A stretch of 64,000 nucleotides of DNA, from positions 11,712-75,711 of the forward strand of contig BLLL01000012.1 of NCBI GenBank assembly GCA_013374015.1. The letters are read 5' to 3'. How positions within the stretch are numbered: the first letter of the stretch is position 1; the number at the start of each line of letters is the position of its first letter. Made by a program: the position numbers and the translations under genes. A model generated the notes under the pieces. That model worked only from the letters and a program-made list of their open reading frames with translations, searched no databases and was not told where the DNA came from. Origin of the DNA: Candidatus Desulfovibrio kirbyi. Lineage in GTDB: Bacteria > Desulfobacterota > Desulfovibrionia > Desulfovibrionales > Desulfovibrionaceae. Below are positions 50,022-61,124 of this stretch, piece by piece.

Positions 50022-51143
50022 ATGCGATTCCACTATTCCGGCATCAGCCTTACTCTGATTTGCGCCCTTGCCACGCTCTGCACCACCCAGGTGCTCGCCG
50101 CCCACAATGTGGGATTCCGCACGCTGGGACAGTGGACAGAGTCAACCGATCGGCAGCTCACTGTCAATGTCTGGTATCCCAGCACGTCCGCGACCTGCAA
50201 ACTCAATTACGCGCCGTGGACGATCCCGGCGGCGCAGGAGGGAAATCCCGCACAGGGGCGTTTTCCGCTACTACTGCTTTCCCATGCCTCCACTGCGACG
50301 CGCTTTTCCTACCACGACACGGCGGCATTTCTCGCGTCCAGCGGGTTTGTCGTAGCCGCCCCCAACCATGATGCCGACAACCTGAACAATATGGACGATC
50401 TGTTCACCGACCGGCAACTGGAATCGCGCGTGGCGACGCTTTCCTCCACAATAACCCTGCTTCTGGAAAATGCGGACACAGCGCCCAGCATTGACGCAAA
50501 CCGCATCGGAGTTTTCGGTTTCGGATCAGGCGCGGCAGCCGTCCTGCTTTTGGGCGGCGCGCTGCCGGACTGCGGGTCATGGAAAACTTACTGCGCAAAG
50601 GCCGGAGAACAGGACATACACTGCACCGGGTGGGTAAAATCCAGATTGAACTCGCTCTGCATGGGCCTGCCGCTCACAAAAAGCCTTGCCGACAACCGCG
50701 TGGGGGCAATCGCCGCTGTGGCGCCGGGCTTCGGGATGCTGTTCGGCCCTGATTCCTTCCGCTATTTTTACCCGCCCCTCCTGCTGATCGCGGCGGGAAA
50801 CGATCACGTGAACACCCCTGCGATGCACGCGGAAGCCATCTACCGCCTTATGGGAAAAAACCCTTCCTGGATCGTCTTGGACAAGGCCGATCCTGGTGCC
50901 CTGACAGCGCCCTGCCCCGAACCCCTGAACACGGATCTGCCGGAACTCTGCCGTTCTGTCACCGACAGAGAACGCCACGCCATCCACCAAGACCTACGGA
51001 CAGCCCTGAACAATTTTTTTCTGCAATACCTGGGCAGGGCTGACAACCCGCCCGTTATTCCGCCGCCACCCAAACCTGACGCCGCTACACCGGCCGTCCC
51101 CGCCCCGCAGCAACAACGAAAACAACTCAGTAGCGAACGCTGA
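50022..51143 (+). CDS. secreted alpha/beta-hydrolase-fold-like protein (PAF-acetylhydrolase/dienelactone-hydrolase-like)
   Basis: Has a signal peptide and FPLLLLSHASTATRFSYHDTAAFLASSGFVVAAPNHD. The nucleophile-elbow region reads GFGSGA, which is not a clean GxSxG. Confidence 0.5.
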   Translation: MRFHYSGISLTLICALATLCTTQVLAAHNVGFRTLGQWTESTDRQLTVNVWYPSTSATCKLNYAPWTIPAAQEGNPAQGRFPLLLLSHASTATRFSYHDTAAFLASSGFVVAAPNHDADNLNNMDDLFTDRQLESRVATLSSTITLLLENADTAPSIDANRIGVFGFGSGAAAVLLLGGALPDCGSWKTYCAKAGEQDIHCTGWVKSRLNSLCMGLPLTKSLADNRVGAIAAVAPGFGMLFGPDSFRYFYPPLLLIAAGNDHVNTPAMHAEAIYRLMGKNPSWIVLDKADPGALTAPCPEPLNTDLPELCRSVTDRERHAIHQDLRTALNNFFLQYLGRADNPPVIPPPPKPDAATPAVPAPQQQRKQLSSER

Positions 51144-51187
51144 AAAACAGCTTGACAGGAAACGCGGAACGCCTTAACTGACGTTAC

Positions 51188-51724
51188 ATGAAATATTGTT
51201 GTCTGCTCTATCTTCTGCTGCTCGCTCTGCCCGTTCAGACGGCGACTGGCGCAAGCCTCGGCGCTGAAGCCGACGCCGGCGGATGGACGATTATGCCCAC
51301 CGGCGCGCGCCCCGCCTATATGGGCATACAGGGCGGCACCATGCCCGTCAGCCTTCTGGTAAACGGCGACGGGTCTTCTCTGGTGACCTTTGTCGGACGC
51401 ACGGGCAACGATTTTCTTGAGGAAGTGTGTAAAACGCCTCTGCCCTCGGCGCTCAATGCAACAATACAGCATTCGGCCCCTGTTGACGGAATTCCGCAGG
51501 CCTCAGGCGACGCAACGCTCCTGGCGGGCGACGGCGCGGGCAGCCTGCCGGTCATCCGTCCGCGTATCTCCGCGCTTGCCGAACACCTCCAGCCTTTCGG
51601 CTTTTCGGACAAACCTCTGTCCATTGAGGGCAATGTGTCAAAACCGGCAAGTCTTTCTCCGACAAAACAGTTTCTGCAATTTTTTCAGCCGCAGTATCTG
51701 CAGCCGCGCGGAAGCACCAACTAG
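51188..51724 (+). CDS. secreted hypothetical protein
   Basis: Has a signal peptide MKYCCLLYLLLLALPVQTATG. I recognise no family. Confidence 0.45.
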   Translation: MKYCCLLYLLLLALPVQTATGASLGAEADAGGWTIMPTGARPAYMGIQGGTMPVSLLVNGDGSSLVTFVGRTGNDFLEEVCKTPLPSALNATIQHSAPVDGIPQASGDATLLAGDGAGSLPVIRPRISALAEHLQPFGFSDKPLSIEGNVSKPASLSPTKQFLQFFQPQYLQPRGSTN

Positions 51725-51832
51725 AACAGTTTATGTTAAAGAAATACTGCCAAAGCGCAGTTGGCGAACATCTTTGAGCTTGTCGCCAGAGAGTGGCGCG
51801 AAAAACAGGCTCTCTAGTCTGAGGCTGGAGTG

Positions 51833-51888
51833 AAAACTCTCAAGGCTTGGCGAAGCTGTCGCTTTTCGCCAAGCCTTGAGAGTTTTTT
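51833..51888. terminator. bidirectional intrinsic terminator (22-bp perfect stem)
   Basis: AAAACTCTCAAGGCTTGGCGAA-N10-TTCGCCAAGCCTTGAGAGTTTT has A/T runs at both ends. It lies between convergent rplL and the secreted hypothetical gene. Confidence 0.8.
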
Positions 51889-51900
51889 CAGGCACCACGG

Positions 51901-52281
51901 CTACTTGATTTCGACGGTAGCACCGGCTTCGGCAAGTTGCTTTTTGGCCTCTTCGGCTTCTTCCCTGGAGACAGCTTCCTTAAGAGTGGAAGGGGCGCTG
52001 TCAACCTTTTCCTTGGCTTCTTTAAGCCCAAGATTTGTCAGCGCGCGCACAACCTTGATGACGCCGATTTTATTGGCGCCGGTTTCCTTCAGGATGACGT
52101 CAAATTCAGTTTTTTCTTCTTCCTGGGCTGCGGCGTCCGCAACAGGCGCGGCCATTACCGCGGCGGCAGGCGCGGCGGCTGACACGCCGAATTTTTCTTC
52201 AAGTTCTTTGATAAATTCTGAAAGTTCCAACACTGTCATGCTGGAAATAAAGGCGACAACATCTTCTTTGGTTACGGCCAT
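51901..52281 (-). CDS. rplL: 50S ribosomal protein L7/L12
   Basis: The N-terminus, an Ala-rich hinge and the C-terminal domain [16 protein letters not shown] match L7/L12. Confidence 0.95.
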   Translation of the reverse strand: MAVTKEDVVAFISSMTVLELSEFIKELEEKFGVSAAAPAAAVMAAPVADAAAQEEEKTEFDVILKETGANKIGVIKVVRALTNLGLKEAKEKVDSAPSTLKEAVSREEAEEAKKQLAEAGATVEIK

Positions 52282-52333
52282 GATACACTCCTGATCTTTA
52301 GGCGGTTAAAAATACTGCTTTTTGCGTCACAGA

Positions 52334-52861
52334 CTACGCGGCAGCTCTGCTTTTTTGTTCTTCAATGCCTTTAAGGGCATAAAGCAGGCCGCGCAGCATA
52401 TTGGCAAACAGCGACACAAAACTTGTGGGCACGGCGTTCATTGTGCCAAGCAACTGACCGAGCAGTTGTTCCCTGCCGGGCAGTCTTGCCAAAGCCTCTA
52501 TCTGGGCGGCTGTCAGAGCCTTGCCGTCGAGGCTTGCACAGCGAAGCTTAAACAGCTTGCTCTGCTTGACAAAATCATTGAGCGCCTTGGCCACTGCCAC
52601 CGGATCATCGAATCCAAGGGCCACGCCGCAATTCTCATGGAACTTGTCCTTGAGCGCGTCGTGTGAACCGCCGGTCAGAGCGATACGAGCCAAGGTATTT
52701 TTGACGACATGATATTCGCCGCCCACTGTGCGCAGGCCTACCCTGAGGTTCGTCAGCTCTTCCACCGTCATCCCCTTGAAATCCGTCAACACCGCAAAGG
52801 AAGCTTTTTCGGCGTTTGCCTTGATCGCTTCGATAAGCGCGGTTTTTTCAGATCGGTTCAC
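52334..52861 (-). CDS. rplJ: 50S ribosomal protein L10
   Basis: L10 family by sequence and by position between rplA and rplL. It starts at GTG behind GAGAGG. Confidence 0.9.
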   Translation of the reverse strand: MNRSEKTALIEAIKANAEKASFAVLTDFKGMTVEELTNLRVGLRTVGGEYHVVKNTLARIALTGGSHDALKDKFHENCGVALGFDDPVAVAKALNDFVKQSKLFKLRCASLDGKALTAAQIEALARLPGREQLLGQLLGTMNAVPTSFVSLFANMLRGLLYALKGIEEQKSRAAA

Positions 52862-53015
52862 GTGATACCTCTCACGTTCGGGGTTGCCAAGTGGAATGCC
52901 GAGCCAAAGAAGAAACGTCTGGACAGGAAATTAAGAGCGTGCGCCACACCTGTCGTCTTCGACCCGAATTCCGTATTTCCCTAGCCAAAGGTTGCTCGCG
53001 CAACCGTCTTGAGGG

Positions 53016-53723
53016 CTAGCCCTCAAGAAATTTTTTCAACTGCGGCATGTCAACTTTAAACCCAGGCCCCATAGTGGTGGAAACCGCCATGGAGAGCATA
53101 TACGCTCCTTTTGCGGCAGTGGGCTTGAGGCGGTTAACGGTTTCCAGCAGCGCCTTGAGATTGCCCAAAATTTTTCCGGAACCGAACGAAACCTTGCCGA
53201 GCGGCGCGTGCAACACGCCGGCTTTATCCACCTTGAACTCCACGCGTCCGGCCTTAAGCTCACTCACAACCTTTGCCACGTCAAACGTGACAGAGCCTGT
53301 CTTGGCGTTGGGCATCAGCCCGCGCGGTCCGAGCATACGCCCTATCTGCCCCACAAGGGCCATAACATCCGGCGTTGCGACAGCCGCGTCAAATTCAAGC
53401 CAGCCTTCTTTGATTTTTGCGACAAGATCTTCAGCCCCAACCACATCTGCTCCCGCATCTCTGGCCTCGGCCTGTTTTTCGCCTTTACAGAACACAGCCA
53501 CTCGCACAGTTTTGCCAAGGCCGTTAGGCAGAGTAACGGCGCCGCGCACCATCTGGTCGGAGTATTTGGGGTCTACGCCCAAGCGTATGGCGACATCAAC
53601 GGTTTCATCAAATTTTGTAAAGGAAGCGCTGATAGATTTTTCCACAACGTCTTCAATGCTGAAACGCGCCTGCGTGTCGTGGGCATCAATGGCTTTTCTA
53701 AAATTTTTGCCGTGTCTTGGCAT
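53016..53723 (-). CDS. rplA: 50S ribosomal protein L1
   Basis: [11 protein letters not shown]...[20 protein letters not shown] matches L1. The start was trimmed to ATG 53723. Confidence 0.95.
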   Translation of the reverse strand: MPRHGKNFRKAIDAHDTQARFSIEDVVEKSISASFTKFDETVDVAIRLGVDPKYSDQMVRGAVTLPNGLGKTVRVAVFCKGEKQAEARDAGADVVGAEDLVAKIKEGWLEFDAAVATPDVMALVGQIGRMLGPRGLMPNAKTGSVTFDVAKVVSELKAGRVEFKVDKAGVLHAPLGKVSFGSGKILGNLKALLETVNRLKPTAAKGAYMLSMAVSTTMGPGFKVDMPQLKKFLEG

Positions 53724-53733
53724 GAGTTTTTCC

Positions 53734-54156
53734 TTATATAACGTCAATGCCCATGCTGCGGGCAGTGCCGGAAATGGATTTTACAGCGGATTCCAGCGTG
53801 GCGGCATTGAGATCGGGCAATTTAATCTTGGCAATCTCTTCTACCTGAGCAAGGGAAAGACTTCCCACTTTGTTACGGTTGGGTTCGCCGGAACCTTTTT
53901 CAATTTTTGCCGCCTTCATGATCAAGATCGACGCCGGGGGCGTTTTTGTGATGAAGGTGAACGACCGGTCAGCATAGACCGTAATGACCACAGGAATGAT
54001 CATGCCCTTTTGATCCTGCGTGCGGGCGTTGAATTCTTTGCAAAAACCCATAATATTCAAACCGTGCTGCCCTAGCGCCGGCCCTACCGGGGGCGACGGG
54101 TTTGCTACGCCGGCGGGAATCTGCAATTTAATTTTGGCGAGTTCTTTTTTTGCCAT
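53734..54156 (-). CDS. rplK: 50S ribosomal protein L11
   Basis: [32 protein letters not shown] matches L11. Confidence 0.95.
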   Translation of the reverse strand: MAKKELAKIKLQIPAGVANPSPPVGPALGQHGLNIMGFCKEFNARTQDQKGMIIPVVITVYADRSFTFITKTPPASILIMKAAKIEKGSGEPNRNKVGSLSLAQVEEIAKIKLPDLNAATLESAVKSISGTARSMGIDVI

Positions 54157-54161
54157 GAGTG

Positions 54162-54761
54162 TTATCCTTTAGAAACCTGTACAAAGTCCAGTTCCACAGG
54201 CGTTTGACGGCCAAAAATGGAAACGGAAACGCGCAGCTTGCCTTTATCATGATTGACATCTTCCACCACACCGTTAAAACCGCCAAAAGGCCCGTCAATC
54301 ACGCGCACTTCATCACCCCTGTTGAAGTTGAACTTGGGCCTGGGGACTTCCTGGCGAGTCTCCATAAGTTCCAGAATACGCTTCGCCTCACTGTTGAGCA
54401 TTGGCGTCGGACGGTTTTTGCTGCCCACAAAACCGGTAACTTTTGGGATGGATTGCACCAGATACCATGACATGTCAGTCATGACCATGCGCACCATTAC
54501 GTAACCGGGATACATTTTGTTGGTTGTCGTGCGTTTTTCCCCGCCTTTTGCAAGTTCAATAACTTTTTCCGTGGGCACGACAACTTCTTTGATCAGGCCG
54601 TTGTCCTGGCCTGTGCGGCTCATTTCCGCAATAGTTTTTTGCACCCGCTGCTCAAAGCCGGAGTAGGTATGCACTATATACCAGCACCCGGGATTGGCAT
54701 CAGCAACGACATCGGTGACCTCAGCGGCGTCCGGTTTTTTATCACTACCTGAATCGTTCAT
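54162..54761 (-). CDS. nusG: transcription termination/antitermination factor NusG
   Basis: Has an NGN domain ([14 protein letters not shown]) and a KOW motif ([18 protein letters not shown]). Confidence 0.95.
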   Translation of the reverse strand: MNDSGSDKKPDAAEVTDVVADANPGCWYIVHTYSGFEQRVQKTIAEMSRTGQDNGLIKEVVVPTEKVIELAKGGEKRTTTNKMYPGYVMVRMVMTDMSWYLVQSIPKVTGFVGSKNRPTPMLNSEAKRILELMETRQEVPRPKFNFNRGDEVRVIDGPFGGFNGVVEDVNHDKGKLRVSVSIFGRQTPVELDFVQVSKG

Positions 54762-54770
54762 AACAGCCTT

Positions 54771-55010
54771 TTATGACAGTATGGTCTTTATAAGGGACGA
54801 GAGGCCCAAATCCACAAGCCCCAAAATAACTGCCATCACAGCCACAAATCCCAGCACGGCAAGGGTTGCCTTGCGCGTTTCCTTGAGCGTGGGCCATGTG
54901 ATTTTGCGCAGTTCGCCTTTGGCGTCCTCCAAGTAACGCACAAGGCGCACCAGAGGATTTATCCCTTTTTCAGAGCCTGCTTCAGCGGATTGAAACTGTT
55001 TTTTTGCCAT
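54771..55010 (-). CDS. secE: preprotein translocase subunit SecE
   Basis: ELRKITWPTLKET is followed by a single TM helix. Its position upstream of nusG fits secE. Confidence 0.9.
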   Translation of the reverse strand: MAKKQFQSAEAGSEKGINPLVRLVRYLEDAKGELRKITWPTLKETRKATLAVLGFVAVMAVILGLVDLGLSSLIKTILS

Positions 55011-55044
55011 AGTGTTGTCCCGCGTTTTCCGGGTATCCTCAAAA

Positions 55045-55121
55045 TGGCAGGGCAGGAGGGATTCGAACCCCCAACTTGCGGTTTTGGAGACCGCCGCTCT
55101 AGCCGTTAGAGCTACTGCCCT
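55045..55121 (-). tRNA. tRNA-Trp (CCA)
   Basis: A manual fold gives acceptor AGGGCAG/CTGCCCT, anticodon loop CTCCAAA, a TTCGAAT T-loop and an encoded CCA. Confidence 0.9.
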
Positions 55122-55180
55122 GCGTTGTCTTTAACGGGAAGTCAGTTTACAAAAAAACCGCGCGCCCGTCAGAAATAAGG

Positions 55181-55330
55181 TTATCTGGTTTCCCGGTGCA
55201 GGGTATGTTTTTTTTCCCAAGGGCAATATTTCTTCAATTCCAGCCGGCCGATGGTGTTCCTTTTATTTTTCCGCGTGCTGTAATTGCGCCGTTTGCACTC
55301 GGTGCAAGCAAGAATAACATTGACTCGCAT
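55181..55330 (-). CDS. rpmG: 50S ribosomal protein L33
   Basis: It translates to [49 protein letters not shown] (49 aa, below the ORF-track cutoff). It lies 3 nt after the tuf stop. Confidence 0.9.
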   Translation of the reverse strand: MRVNVILACTECKRRNYSTRKNKRNTIGRLELKKYCPWEKKHTLHRETR

Positions 55331-55333
55331 ACG

Positions 55334-56527
<1,194 letters not shown>

Positions 56528-56720
56528 TGTACGTCTCCCTGAAAAAAAAGTTATTTGCGGTTGTATGTCTGCCGCACAGTTCCTTGCTGTCGCGTATGCG
56601 GCGCCTGTTTCTCGCGTAACCCGCCGTAGCGGCGCTTTGCCGCGCATCGCCCCGGGCCTGGCCCCTACGCCAGAGGATTTGCCCTGACTTCTGATTGTGC
56701 AACTGGTAGGGGAGCGGAAA

Positions 56721-56796
56721 TGGAGCGGGAAACGGGATTCGAACCCGCAACCCTCAGCTTGGAAGGCTGATGCTCTAGCCGTTGAGCTATTCCCGC
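56721..56796 (-). tRNA. tRNA-Gly (TCC)
   Basis: Acceptor GCGGGAA/TTCCCGC, anticodon loop CTTCCAA, T-loop TTCGAAT, and CCA encoded. Confidence 0.9.
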
Positions 56797-56969
56797 ATGC
56801 TGCCGATGCCGGACGCCGGGAACAAAACCCCGACGTATACCACACTGTGGCGTCTCACACTGTAGTATGCCGCACCGTACTATCCCGACAGTTCCCCCTG
56901 TCTCCTACAGTCAAGGCAGTTCTATAAACCATTCCCCTGCCGTATGCAAATGCTTTTTTACGACAGTGC

Positions 56970-57055
56970 TGGTGGAGGGGGGAGGATTTGAACCTCCGAA
57001 GTCGTACGACGACAGATTTACAGTCTGTTCCCTTTGGCCACTCGGGAACCCCTCC
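56970..57055 (-). tRNA. tRNA-Tyr (GTA)
   Basis: A class II tRNA with a long variable arm. Acceptor GGAGGGG/CCCCTCC, anticodon loop CTGTAAA, and CCA encoded. Confidence 0.9.
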
Positions 57056-57112
57056 ACACTATAACGCAAAGGCGGGCGCGGATTCCCCCCGCGGCAGACC
57101 TTTGTTCGGCTC

Positions 57113-57188
57113 TGGAGCCGGCGATGGGACTCGAACCCGCAACCTGCTGATTACAAATCAGCTGCTCTGCCAGTTGAGCTACGCCGGC
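57113..57188 (-). tRNA. tRNA-Thr (TGT)
   Basis: Acceptor GCCGGCG/CGCCGGC, anticodon loop TTTGTAA, and CCA encoded. The T-stem carries one C-A mismatch. Confidence 0.85.
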
Positions 57189-57199
57189 GGCAAAAAAAA

Positions 57200-57228
57200 T
57201 GCATACCCCGTTTCCTGTATCTTGGCAA
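57200..57228 (-). promoter_or_regulatory. sigma70-type promoter candidate for the tRNA-tuf operon
   Basis: On the minus strand the sequence is TTGCCA-N17-TATGCA, followed by a T-run and then the 5' end of tRNA-Thr. Confidence 0.4.
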
Positions 57229-57239
57229 GTGGATAGCGC

Positions 57240-58700
57240 TCACATAAAGAACAGCCATGTCATGATGCCGAACAGCGGCACAAGAAATCCGCATGACCAG
57301 GCCATATAACCGAAAAAGCTCGGCATGGGCACGCCCTGCTCCTCAGCAATGGAGCGCACCATAAAATTCGGCGCGTTCCCGATATAGCTGTTTGCTCCCA
57401 TAAAGACCGCGCCGGCTGAAATAGCCCCCAGCGTGCCCGCCATTTCGCCCATAAGTTTTGCGGCGTCTCCGCCGGCCGTATTAAAAAAGACAAGATATGT
57501 CGGCGCATTGTCAAGAAAACTTGAGAGAATGCCGGCCATCCAGAAATACATGGCGTTGACCGGTTCGCCGTTGTGGGAAACTAAGCGGATAAGGGAGGCA
57601 AGCACGCCGTCCGTGCCGGAGCGCAAAATGGCAATGGCCGGAATCATGCTGATAAAAATACCCAGAAACAATTTGCCCACTTCCAGAATGGGCGCCCAGG
57701 AAAAACCGTTGAGTTCGCGGCAGCGCTTGTCCGTGAGTTTGAGAGAAATGGCGGCAAACCCAAGCAACAGCAGGTCGCGCAGCAGGTTTTGTCCCTCCAT
57801 GCCCACGCCGTAAATCGTGATCGTCTCACCAAGCTGGAAAGGCGGCAGGCCGGAGCACAGAACGGCAAAAACAATGCCCAGCAGGATCAAGAGGTTGACT
57901 TTGCCGTCCAAGCCGAGTTTTTCCGCGCTGTCAGACTGCGGCGGCGCGGGGCGGCCTTCGCGGGCAAAGAGTGCTGTGTCCATAAAATAAAAAATGCCCA
58001 GTAGCGCCACTGCCATAAAAAGGGTTTTGGTAAACAGGTTGGTGGCTGTCCAGAAAAAACTGACGCCTTTCAGAAAACCCAGAAAAAGCGGGGGATCGCC
58101 CAGCGGCGTCAACGAGCCGCCGATATTGGCCACCAGAAAAATGAAAAAAACAACGGAATGCGCGCGGTATCTTCTGTGGGCGTTTGCGCGCAGCAGGGGG
58201 CGAATCAACAGCATCGCCGCACCCGTTGTCCCCATCCAGCTTGCCAGCAGCGTGCCGACAGCCAGGAGTCCTGTATTGACCAGGGGCGTGCCCACCAGAG
58301 TGCCGGTAAGGCGCACTCCGCCGGCTACAGTGAAGAGTGAAAATATGAGAATGAGAAAAGGCACGTATTCCAGAAGGATGGTATGCAAAAATACATAGGT
58401 CGCCGTGTGCGCGCCAAAGGCAAAAACGCAGGGCACAAGAAAGGTCAGCCCCCAGAATACGGCTATTTTTCCGAAATGGTGTTCCCAGAAATGCGGGCAT
58501 GCCAGCGGCATAATGGCGATGGAGAGCAGCATGCAGGCAAAAGGGACGACCCAGACGATTGAAAGCTGTGCGCCGGGCAGTGAGGGGTGGTGGCCGTCGG
58601 CGGCAAGTGCAAGGTCGGGGAGCGCAAGCGTTGCGAGCGCAAGCGTTGCACAGAACGTCAGCAGGGACACGGGGGAGAAGGATCGGTGCAAAGACGGCAT
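57240..58700 (-). CDS. NhaD/ArsB/citrate-transporter-superfamily ion permease (putative Na+/H+ antiporter)
   Basis: A 486-aa polytopic membrane protein with an N-terminal signal-like segment. I made the family call by eye from overall pattern only. Confidence 0.55.
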   Translation of the reverse strand: MPSLHRSFSPVSLLTFCATLALATLALPDLALAADGHHPSLPGAQLSIVWVVPFACMLLSIAIMPLACPHFWEHHFGKIAVFWGLTFLVPCVFAFGAHTATYVFLHTILLEYVPFLILIFSLFTVAGGVRLTGTLVGTPLVNTGLLAVGTLLASWMGTTGAAMLLIRPLLRANAHRRYRAHSVVFFIFLVANIGGSLTPLGDPPLFLGFLKGVSFFWTATNLFTKTLFMAVALLGIFYFMDTALFAREGRPAPPQSDSAEKLGLDGKVNLLILLGIVFAVLCSGLPPFQLGETITIYGVGMEGQNLLRDLLLLGFAAISLKLTDKRCRELNGFSWAPILEVGKLFLGIFISMIPAIAILRSGTDGVLASLIRLVSHNGEPVNAMYFWMAGILSSFLDNAPTYLVFFNTAGGDAAKLMGEMAGTLGAISAGAVFMGANSYIGNAPNFMVRSIAEEQGVPMPSFFGYMAWSCGFLVPLFGIMTWLFFM

Positions 58701-58870
58701 GGCGTTTTTCCTAAATATACGGCGATGTTCTGCGGTATGTGCAGAAACGGGAACTGCTTTTTATGTAATATTTGAACTTTTGGCAAGTCCGATTCCGACA
58801 GATACCGGTAAATTCGTGTTCTGTTTTCGCGCTTGCGCACACTGTTTTTTTCTGCCATTTTTTACACCGT

Positions 58871-59488
58871 ATGTCAGAGACAACACAGCCCGATGTTTCG
58901 TCAAAACCCCGGACTCTCCGCCGCAGGGAACGCCTTGCCGATGTGTTGGCGCGCCGTCAGCCGGACATGACGCTTGTGCTCGCCAATATTCATGATCCGC
59001 ATAATGTTTCGGCAATTTACCGTTCCTGTGACGCCTTTGGCGTGGGGCGCGTCTACCTGTATTATACCCACGTGCCCTTTCCGCAGCTTGGGCGAAAAAG
59101 CTCCGCTTCGGCGCAGGAATGGGTGGAAAGCGCCCGCTTCAGCGACAGCGATGCATTATTTCAGACATTGCGCGACAAGGGGATGCAAGTGCTTGCCACG
59201 TCCTGTTCTAGCCGCGCAGTACCCCTGCGCGTCTGGGATTTTACACGACCAACGGTCGTGATTATGGGCAACGAGCACGGAGGCGTGGACAAAGAGCTTC
59301 TCAAGCGCGCGGACGGAGAGTTGTATATCCCCATGTACGGTATGATTCAGAGTTTTAACGTGTCTGTCGCCGCCGCCGTTATTCTCGCGGAGATGGCACG
59401 GCAACGCGATGCTGCAGGCATGTACGCCGCGCCACGTATGCGCGATGAAGAAATCGCGGCAAAGCTGGACGAATGGCTGAAGAAATAA
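58871..59488 (+). CDS. SpoU/TrmH-family RNA 2'-O-methyltransferase
   Basis: Contains the SpoU motifs NVSAIYRSCDAFGV, VIMGNEHGGV and IPMYGMIQSFNVSVAAAV. The start was trimmed to ATG 58871. Confidence 0.8.
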   Translation: MSETTQPDVSSKPRTLRRRERLADVLARRQPDMTLVLANIHDPHNVSAIYRSCDAFGVGRVYLYYTHVPFPQLGRKSSASAQEWVESARFSDSDALFQTLRDKGMQVLATSCSSRAVPLRVWDFTRPTVVIMGNEHGGVDKELLKRADGELYIPMYGMIQSFNVSVAAAVILAEMARQRDAAGMYAAPRMRDEEIAAKLDEWLKK

Positions 59489-59500
59489 TACCCTGTTCCC

Positions 59501-61063
59501 ATGTCAACGCCAACGCTGGCGCCGGTTTCCCTTGCCCGCCGCTATCTTTTCAAGCTGTTTGCCAATATGGCGTCCGTGCCGGTGTATCTGGTTATGGAGG
59601 CCATACTGCCGCGCGTTCTCGGGCCTGTCATGTACGGCAATTACAGTTTTGCCACAAATTTTTTTCAACAGCTTTCCGGATTTCTGGATATGGGCACCTC
59701 GCTATGTTTTTACAATGCGCTTTCCCGACGGCAGAGCGAAACGGAACTTGCGGGATTTTATACAGGCGTCGGCCTGCTGGTAGCCTGCGTCACGCTGCTT
59801 GCCTCGGTATGTATGCTTGCTCCGCATGTGGGGGGAGTGCTGATGCCCGGGATTCCGCTGTGGCTTACGCCGCCAGCGGCGCTCTGGGCGTTTCTGACGT
59901 GGTGGGGACGGGTGCTGCGCTCCATGAACGATGCGCTGGGAGCCACAGTAGCTTCAGAAACAGCGCGAACCGGCATTTCCCTGTTGTCCGTCAGCGTGTT
60001 GTCGGCGCTTTTTTTCAGCGACATGCTGAACATATATTCATTGTTTGCACAGCAATATCTTATGCTTGGCGTCACGGCGCTGGCGTTTTGGCATGTTTCG
60101 CGCGCCCACTGGCGGCGGCGCGGCGTCCCCTTGCGCTTTACCCCGACCAGAGAGCGGCGCAGGGCCTACTGTCGTGAGTTTTTCAGCTACAGTCATCCAC
60201 TTTTTGTGCAGGCGCTTCTGTCCTTTGTGATGATTGCGGCGGAGCGCTGGCTCTTGCAGTGGTTTGAAGGCAGCGCGGAACAGGGCTTTTTTGCCCTTTC
60301 CCAAAAAGTCAGCATAGCGTGTTTTCTGTTTGTTTCCGCGATGACGCCGCTTGTCATGCGGGAACTTTCCATTGCCTGGGGGCATAATGACCGTGAGGAA
60401 ATGGGACGTCTGCTGACGCGCCTTGCGCCGCCGCTTTATGTTATTGCCGCGTATTTTTCCTGTTTTACCCTGATCGAAGGGGAGGCATTGGTGGCTTTTT
60501 TCGGCGGTGCGCAGTTTGCAGCGGCCATTGTGCCCGTGCAGATCATGGCCATGTATCCCCTGCACCAGACCTACGGGCAACTGGCCGGCTCTGTGTTTCA
60601 CGCCGCCGGCCGTACAAATGTGACGCGCAATGTGACGACGCTGGAATGCGTGTACGGCTTTGCGACGACCTGGTTTCTGCTTGCGCCGTCTGAACTTTGG
60701 GGGATTCATCTGGGCGCTGTGGGCCTTGCGCTGAAAACCGTGTGTGTGCAGTTTGTGACGGTCAATTTGTATTTCTGGCTGGCTTCGCGTTTTATTCCAC
60801 TGTGTTATTGGCGCAATCTTTTTCACCAGATATGGAGTTTTACCCTGCTTGTCGGACTTGCCTTTGCCTGCCGTGAATGCTCAATGTTTCTTGATATCGG
60901 CGATGACGAGTCTTTTGTGCGATTTCTGGTTTCCGGCGTTTTGTACAGCGTGTGTGTGCTGGGATGTTGCGCGGCCTTGCCCGCGTTGCTGGGTTTCAGC
61001 CGGCAGGAGCAGCGCGAACTTTTTATCCGGTTTATTGCGTCGCGTGGGCGCGGCGCTCCCTAA
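59501..61063 (+). CDS. MOP/Wzx-like polysaccharide or lipid-linked oligosaccharide flippase family membrane protein
   Basis: A 520-aa protein with about 12-14 TM segments and a layout typical of the polysaccharide biosynthesis protein family. Confidence 0.6.
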   Translation: MSTPTLAPVSLARRYLFKLFANMASVPVYLVMEAILPRVLGPVMYGNYSFATNFFQQLSGFLDMGTSLCFYNALSRRQSETELAGFYTGVGLLVACVTLLASVCMLAPHVGGVLMPGIPLWLTPPAALWAFLTWWGRVLRSMNDALGATVASETARTGISLLSVSVLSALFFSDMLNIYSLFAQQYLMLGVTALAFWHVSRAHWRRRGVPLRFTPTRERRRAYCREFFSYSHPLFVQALLSFVMIAAERWLLQWFEGSAEQGFFALSQKVSIACFLFVSAMTPLVMRELSIAWGHNDREEMGRLLTRLAPPLYVIAAYFSCFTLIEGEALVAFFGGAQFAAAIVPVQIMAMYPLHQTYGQLAGSVFHAAGRTNVTRNVTTLECVYGFATTWFLLAPSELWGIHLGAVGLALKTVCVQFVTVNLYFWLASRFIPLCYWRNLFHQIWSFTLLVGLAFACRECSMFLDIGDDESFVRFLVSGVLYSVCVLGCCAALPALLGFSRQEQRELFIRFIASRGRGAP

Positions 61064-61124
61064 CCGCGTTTCACGCGGCTAAGAAGGGCTTGTTCAGCGA
61101 CGGTTTTTCGCGTAGGCTGCCTCT

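Noticed and set aside
56640-56715. A possible degenerate tRNA between tRNA-Gly and tuf. On the minus strand, CCCCTAC...GTAGGGG is followed by CCA.
   Set aside because: The 7-bp pairing encloses only about 38 nt, and I could fold no D-arm, anticodon arm or T-loop (no TTCRA motif). It is most likely a chance stem.
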